Assembly (NCBI GenBank): GCA_038213805.1
Contig: JBBQSO010000127.1
Coordinates: forward strand, 1 to 11,320
Reading direction: 5' to 3'
Length of the DNA: 11,320 nucleotides
From: Planctomycetota bacterium
Lineage (GTDB): Bacteria; Planctomycetota; UBA11346
In this document: positions 6,458 through 11,320 of the stretch, piece after piece
Layout of the letters: each line of letters starts with the position of its first letter
Position numbering within the stretch: position 1 is the stretch's first letter
Position numbers and translations under genes: made by a program
The notes under the pieces: generated by a model
What the model saw: only the letters and a program-made list of their open reading frames with translations
Databases searched by the model: none
Told to the model about the DNA's origin: nothing

Positions 6458-8251
6458 CTACGGCTTCACCACCCGCTCGGCCGCAACCAGGCTGGCGATC
6501 TCGGCGTCGTCCATCGCGCGGTCGTAGATGCGCACCTCGTCGAGCTTGCCGATGAAATGGTTCGTGCCCGTCTGGATGCAGCCGATGGTCAGGCGCTGGG
6601 TCGCGTCGCGCGGCTCGGGCGCGCCCCCGCGGGAGCCGTCACGGCGGCCGTCGATGTAGAGGGTGATGGTGCCGCGCGCGTCGCGCACCCCGGCGACGTG
6701 GTGCCAGATGCCGTCGTTGACGCGGCCGCTGGACAGCAGCGTCCCATCGGGCGCGCCGGTCCCGAAGGCGCAACGACCCTCGATCAGGGACATCCCGAAG
6801 TCGGACACCACCTTGGGCACTTCGCCATCGATCAGACCGATGCCATCCCACCAACCCGCGTGCTCGGCATCGCCGCTGGGTGGGATCAGGTCCTGGGTCG
6901 TGCGCAGCCAGCACGCGAGGGTGAAGGCGCCATGGACCGGATTGGCGACGGCGATGCTGCTCCTGCCGTCGAACGTGGCAACGCCGTGGCGCTGAGGATC
7001 GTCGACCACCTGGACCATGCCTTCGACCTGCGTGACGATGCGCTGCCCCGCCGCATCCTCGCCCGGCTGACCACCGGTATTGAAGGGCAGCCACATCTGC
7101 AGGCCTTGGGCGCGCGGTGTGGGCGGTGGCACCGCCGGCCGCAGGGATGGCTCCGGTTTCGCCGGAGCGCCGCTGGCAATGGCCGCGCCATCCGCCGCGA
7201 CCGGCGTGGGCGTGGGCCCCACGGAGCGCGGCGGCCCCGCGGTCGCGATCATGTCCGGCGCGAACATCCCGGACTGGCGGGCCCAGAACAGCGCGACACC
7301 GGCCACCGCCAGCAGGATGCCGAGCACTGTGGAGACGCGCACCGCGCGCGACGCGCGCGGTGTTGCGTCATCCTCGGCATCTCCATCGCCACTCCTGCGC
7401 TCAGGCTCAAGGTCGCGCACCCAGGCCGGGCGCTGGCGACTGCCCGGCCGTGGCGTGGTCGGGGTCGCCCGTCCGCTGACCGATGGCCGCGCCGGCGCGC
7501 CGGATGAAGCGGTCAGCCGCGCGGTGGTGCCGGACGGGCGCGCCGCGGGGCCGACCACGATGCTGGGGCCGGACGAATCGCTGGCAGGCCGGCGCGCCCG
7601 CGTCGTGGTGGGGCTCTGGGAATCGGAAGGGCCCATGCCGGCACGCCGGAAGGTCTCAGGTCCGGCAGAGCGCTCCGTCGGCGCGCCGGCGTGCGCGGCT
7701 CCCGATTCCACCCGGTCGCTGCCCACGTTGGTGAGCTGGCGCACGGCACGGCTCGTAGTCTGGGGCCGATCTTGTCCCAACGTGTTGACCGGGCGCGCCG
7801 CACCGGCAGACCGGCCGCTGTCGGTCGGACGTACGGACGGCAGGACTGCGCTGGGCACCGACCACGAGTCTGCCGCTGGCGGCGCGACCACAGGCCAGCC
7901 GCTTGAGGATTCGCTGCGCGCGCCCGACGCCACGGGACGCACTGGCGCGCTGACCGGCACGGTGCCGGCAGGTACCGCGGAGGTGGGCGGAACGCCAGGG
8001 CCGGCCAGCGGGGTGGGTGGACGGGACGCGGGCACCTCGGTTGATCGCCGGACAGCTGACGTCCCGGCCGCGAGGACGGCGGATGCGGCGATGTAGCGGC
8101 CGGTGGAGAGCTCGAAAATCTCTACCGGTTGGCCGCGGAAGGCGGTCGTCATGGCAGAAACCAGCTCCGCCAGCGTCCCGATGCGCACCTCGCCGCTCGG
8201 GGAGCGGACCAGGAAGGGGCCGTGGATCTCGGCTGTCGGCGGAGGCGGCAT
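6458..8251 (-). CDS. Single-pass membrane protein: small N-terminal module, long disordered Ser/Pro/Arg linker, TM helix, C-terminal LamG/concanavalin-A-like (Laminin_G_3) domain
   Basis: TM VSTVLGILLAVAGVALFWA. LamG motifs FTLACWLRT, NDGIWHHVAGVRD, TLYIDG, LTIG, FIGKLDEVRIYDRAMDDAEI. The N-terminus aligns with the neighbouring paralog. 597 aa. Confidence 0.85.
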   Translation of the reverse strand: MPPPPTAEIHGPFLVRSPSGEVRIGTLAELVSAMTTAFRGQPVEIFELSTGRYIAASAVLAAGTSAVRRSTEVPASRPPTPLAGPGVPPTSAVPAGTVPVSAPVRPVASGARSESSSGWPVVAPPAADSWSVPSAVLPSVRPTDSGRSAGAARPVNTLGQDRPQTTSRAVRQLTNVGSDRVESGAAHAGAPTERSAGPETFRRAGMGPSDSQSPTTTRARRPASDSSGPSIVVGPAARPSGTTARLTASSGAPARPSVSGRATPTTPRPGSRQRPAWVRDLEPERRSGDGDAEDDATPRASRAVRVSTVLGILLAVAGVALFWARQSGMFAPDMIATAGPPRSVGPTPTPVAADGAAIASGAPAKPEPSLRPAVPPPTPRAQGLQMWLPFNTGGQPGEDAAGQRIVTQVEGMVQVVDDPQRHGVATFDGRSSIAVANPVHGAFTLACWLRTTQDLIPPSGDAEHAGWWDGIGLIDGEVPKVVSDFGMSLIEGRCAFGTGAPDGTLLSSGRVNDGIWHHVAGVRDARGTITLYIDGRRDGSRGGAPEPRDATQRLTIGCIQTGTNHFIGKLDEVRIYDRAMDDAEIASLVAAERVVKP

Positions 8252-8295
8252 CGGGGTTCGGTCCGGGACCGGATTGAAGGACGGACTCAGCGTGG

Positions 8296-8324
8296 AGTCT
8301 AGGGATTTCCTGCGTCAAACGCAA
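8296..8324 (-). promoter_or_regulatory. Candidate sigma70 promoter TTGCGT-17-TAGACT for the first LamG gene, overlapped by the palindrome TGCGT-caa-ACGCA (8311-8323)
   Basis: The minus strand reads TTGCGT ttgacgcaggaaatccc TAGACT, ending about 45 nt before the ATG at 8251. Confidence 0.5.
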
Positions 8325-8385
8325 TCGGCATCGGGCTGCGCCGTGCGGCGACTGCGTGGTACGCCCCTGCTTCTATACGGCGGTG

Positions 8386-8427
8386 TATTGCTGATGGCTG
8401 ATACCTGAGCGCGGACGGCGGACGGCG
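8386..8427. repeat. Degenerate heptamer array of the same family as 3067-3094
   Basis: tatt GCTGATG GCTGATA CCTGAGC GCGGACG GCGGACG GCG. Positions 8386-8403 (TATTGCTGATGGCTGATA) are identical to 3063-3080. Confidence 0.75.
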
Positions 8428-8528
8428 CTCGGGACCGGGGCGTCTGCAGCTTCCTTGCCCCTCCACCCGCTTGAGGCGGATTCCAACCGCGGTGGCCCTC
8501 AGGTGCGCAATAGCATCCGCGCGCCGCG

Positions 8529-8552
8529 CATCCCGGTCTTCAAACCAGGATG
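8529..8552 (-). terminator. Hairpin immediately after the stop of the second LamG gene
   Basis: Minus strand CATCCTGGTT-tga-AGACCGGGATG can pair with G-U wobbles. It has no U-tail, so its terminator role is uncertain. Confidence 0.3.
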
Positions 8553-8556
8553 ACCT

Positions 8557-10041
8557 TCACTTCCCACGCAGCGCACGCAGCGCGTGCAGCACCGTGCCCA
8601 CTTCGGCCGCGCCCAGCACCCGGTCGTAGAAGCGCAGGTCCGCCATGCGCCCGCGCAGGAAGCGGTTGGGGCTGGTGGCGATCGCACCGAGACTCAGCAC
8701 CTTGGTCGACCCGCGCGCCCCGCTCGGCCCGTTGAAGACGCCATCGTTCTGACCATCGACATAGAGATGGATCTCGCCGTGGTTGGAGCGGGTGACCGCG
8801 AGATGGTGCCACGTGCCGCTGTCGATGCGCTGCGCCCCGAACACCGTGGCCTCCGTGCGTGCGCCAAGACCGAAGGTGAGCCTGCCGCCGAGGATGGCCA
8901 TGCCGAAATCGTCGACCAGGCCCACGACATCGCCATCGACGATACCGATACCCCAGTACCACTGCGCGAGATCGACCTCGAACGGCGTGCCGTCATGCCC
9001 GTCCTGGATGGTGTTGACCCACACCAGGATGGTGAAGTCGGAGCTGATTGGCGAGGGAATGACCATGCGCCCGTTGCCTTCCAGCTGCAGGGCGGTGCCG
9101 GTCTGCTCATCGGCGACCACGGTCAGGCCAGAGTTGACCAACTCTGAATGGCGACCGTTGCCGGAATCGTCACGCCCCGGATGGAGATAATCGGCGAAGC
9201 GGTACCATGCCACCAGGCCATTGCTGACGATGGGATCGATGGTCTGCGGCGAGGCCGGCGCGCTCCCGTTAGCCGGCGTGGACGGGCCGGTGGGCGGCGC
9301 GCCGCCGGCGTTCAGCGCCGTCTCCTGGGATGTGGCTGCGCTCGCGACCGGCGGCGGCAACACGGCCTCGGGCGCATGGCTGGTGTGCACGGCGGCGTGC
9401 TTGGACCGGCTATTGGCCAGCGCCACGAACACCCCGACGGCGAGGAGGGCGACGACGCCGATGATCACCGGCAACGCCGGCGACGGCTTGCGCCGTTGGC
9501 CGGCCGGCAGGCGGCTCGCCGAGTTCGCACTGGTACCGCGCCGGGCCGCGGGATGTGGCGAGATGCGGCCCGAGCGTGTGCCCGGGTGGCCGTCGACCCG
9601 CTGCTGACGTCCGCTCTGCGTCACCGGCCTCATGCCATGCCCAGAGTCGCTGATCGCGCCGTACTGGCTGGTGGTACCCTTCGGCTGAGGGCGCGCGATC
9701 ATCACCGAGGAGGCCGGCACGACCTCCATCCCGCCGACCTCTGCGAGGATGCACTGGATGTCCTCGGTCGACCCCACCGGCCGCTGCGGCGCCTGTGGCG
9801 TCTGAGGCGCCTGCGCCCCGGGCAAGCGGTTGGATTGGGGCTTGCTGGTGACCGCGCCTGCGTGGGCCCCGAGCGCGACGATGCTTCCCGACGGCACGTC
9901 GGTGATCTCGACCGTCTGACCGTGAAAGGTCGTGCGCAACGCCTGCATCAAAGCCGCCTCACCCCCGACCTGCAGCTGCTGGTGCGTTCCCCGGATCAGG
10001 AAAGGCCCGCGGGGCATTGGTGAGGGCGGTGAATTGGTCAT
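8557..10041 (-). CDS. Paralogous single-pass membrane protein: N-terminal module, disordered linker, TM helix, C-terminal LamG/concanavalin-A-like domain
   Basis: TM ALPVIIGVVALLAVGVFVALA. LamG motifs GLVAWYRF, DDSGNG, FTILVWVNT, DSGTWHHLAVTR, LYVDG, GRMADLRFYDRVL. The start is placed at ATG 10041 (or 10017) from homology with the N-terminus of the 6458-8251 protein; the longer ORF to 10473 would overlap the EVE gene. 494 aa. Confidence 0.85.
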   Translation of the reverse strand: MTNSPPSPMPRGPFLIRGTHQQLQVGGEAALMQALRTTFHGQTVEITDVPSGSIVALGAHAGAVTSKPQSNRLPGAQAPQTPQAPQRPVGSTEDIQCILAEVGGMEVVPASSVMIARPQPKGTTSQYGAISDSGHGMRPVTQSGRQQRVDGHPGTRSGRISPHPAARRGTSANSASRLPAGQRRKPSPALPVIIGVVALLAVGVFVALANSRSKHAAVHTSHAPEAVLPPPVASAATSQETALNAGGAPPTGPSTPANGSAPASPQTIDPIVSNGLVAWYRFADYLHPGRDDSGNGRHSELVNSGLTVVADEQTGTALQLEGNGRMVIPSPISSDFTILVWVNTIQDGHDGTPFEVDLAQWYWGIGIVDGDVVGLVDDFGMAILGGRLTFGLGARTEATVFGAQRIDSGTWHHLAVTRSNHGEIHLYVDGQNDGVFNGPSGARGSTKVLSLGAIATSPNRFLRGRMADLRFYDRVLGAAEVGTVLHALRALRGK

Positions 10042-10055
10042 GGATGGATCAGCAC

Positions 10056-10084
10056 AAGGTACCCTTCGATCGTCGCGGCCGCAA
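10056..10084 (-). promoter_or_regulatory. Candidate sigma70 promoter TTGCGG-17-TACCTT for the second LamG gene
   Basis: The minus strand reads TTGCGG ccgcgacgatcgaaggg TACCTT, 14 nt before the ATG at 10041. Same architecture as the candidate promoter of the paralog. Confidence 0.45.
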
Positions 10085-10316
10085 TGGGTGGCAGGCGCGT
10101 GCTCGCATTGCTGTTCACTAGTCAACATGATGCCATGCCACAATTTACACAATCTTCGGCTCGCCTTGCCCTGCACAGCATGTCGCTGGGGCGGGTGGGT
10201 CCCATTCAGTATCGGAATTCGTTCCCCGGTCGTGGCGTGCGGCGCCCTGGACACGCTGCGCCTTGTCCCGTGCCGCGGTCGCCGTACGTCAACCCACCCC
10301 ACCCCTGAAAGCCCCC

Positions 10317-10766
10317 ATGCGCCACTGGCTGATGAAAACCGAACCCGACGCCTTCGGCATCGACGACCTGAAGGCGAAAGGCACCGCGCCCTGGGACGGC
10401 GTGCGGAACTACCAGGCGCGGAATCACATGCGCGACATGGCGGTGGGTGACCGCGTCCTGTTCTACCACTCAAGCGCCAACCCCAGCGGCGTCGCCGGCC
10501 TGGCCAAGGTCACGCGCCTCGCCTATCCCGATCCGTCGAGCTGGGACCCGCAGTCCCACTATTTCGACCCCGCTGCCAGCCCCGAGAACCCGCGCTGGTC
10601 GATGGTCGACGTCACCTACGTGCGCACCATGAAGAATTTCCTGTCGCTCGAACGGCTGAAGGAGATCCCCGAGCTTGGCGGCATGATCCTGCTCCAGCGC
10701 TCACGGTTGTCCGTTCAGCCGGTGGAACCTGAGCATTACGCATTGATTGCGAAGCTGGGCGGGTGA
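10317..10766 (+). CDS. EVE domain protein (Thy28/THYN1-like, PUA-like fold)
   Basis: HWLMKTEP...FGIDDL...WDGVRNYQARNHMRDMAVGDRVLFYHS...AYPDP...YFDP...PRWSMVDV...RLSVQPV are the classical EVE motifs. 149 aa from ATG 10317. Confidence 0.95.
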   Translation: MRHWLMKTEPDAFGIDDLKAKGTAPWDGVRNYQARNHMRDMAVGDRVLFYHSSANPSGVAGLAKVTRLAYPDPSSWDPQSHYFDPAASPENPRWSMVDVTYVRTMKNFLSLERLKEIPELGGMILLQRSRLSVQPVEPEHYALIAKLGG

Positions 10767-10859
10767 TCCGCCGCGGCGCGCCTCCGTCCTTGGGCCCCCG
10801 ATCAAACCCTGTCCGAAGCCCCTCCCCTTTCCCCCTTCCCCTCCCCACCACGCTGCCGA

Positions 10860-10868
10860 TGATACCCT
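10860..10868 (+). promoter_or_regulatory. Possible extended -10 promoter (TG-a-TACCCT) for ssrA
   Basis: TGnTAnnnT pattern 20 nt upstream of the mature tmRNA 5' end; no good -35 at 17 nt. Confidence 0.3.
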
Positions 10869-10888
10869 TCGTTGACAATCAGCGATGT

Positions 10889-11253
<365 letters not shown>

Positions 11254-11275
11254 AGCAGGGTTCCAAACCCATGAT

Positions 11276-11310
11276 CGGCCCACGGGCATCCCCCGTGGGC
11301 CGCGTCATTT
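11276..11310 (+). terminator. Hairpin downstream of ssrA (likely terminator)
   Basis: CGGCCCACGGG-catcc-CCCGTGGGCCG perfect 11-bp stem; the U tail is weak (cgtcattt). Confidence 0.55.
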
Positions 11311-11320
11311 CCCGCGGTAT

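Noticed and set aside
10118..10142. Sigma54 promoter (TGGCA... on the minus strand)
   Set aside because: No GC dinucleotide at the required -12 spacing after either TGGCA.
10042..10473. 144-aa N-terminal extension of the second LamG ORF
   Set aside because: It overlaps the EVE gene antisense and the promoter region; paralog homology starts only after ATG 10041/10017.
10872..10877. Perfect TTGACA as the -35 of ssrA
   Set aside because: It is only 11 nt from the mature 5' end, so the -10 would fall inside the tmRNA.

Overview
A very GC-rich bacterial window, probably Planctomycetota/PVC-like (inferred from gene style and repeat types). It contains, in order: mutS (-); a secreted tandem-SH3-like protein (-); a divergent, translationally coupled pair of accD and a phosphoserine phosphatase (+) that looks eukaryote-type; two tandem paralogous single-pass membrane proteins (-) sharing an unrecognised ~45-aa N-terminal module and a C-terminal LamG/ConA-like domain; a stand-alone EVE-domain gene (+); and a complete one-piece tmRNA (ssrA, tag ADDHVEYALAA). 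Short 7-8-nt tandem and inverted repeat elements are scattered across the window. Two arrays with unit lengths not divisible by 3 sit inside insertions in the mutS coding sequence, upstream of the Walker A motif, which suggests a possible slippage-driven mutator switch. No integrase, transposase, CRISPR array, tRNA or rRNA is visible.
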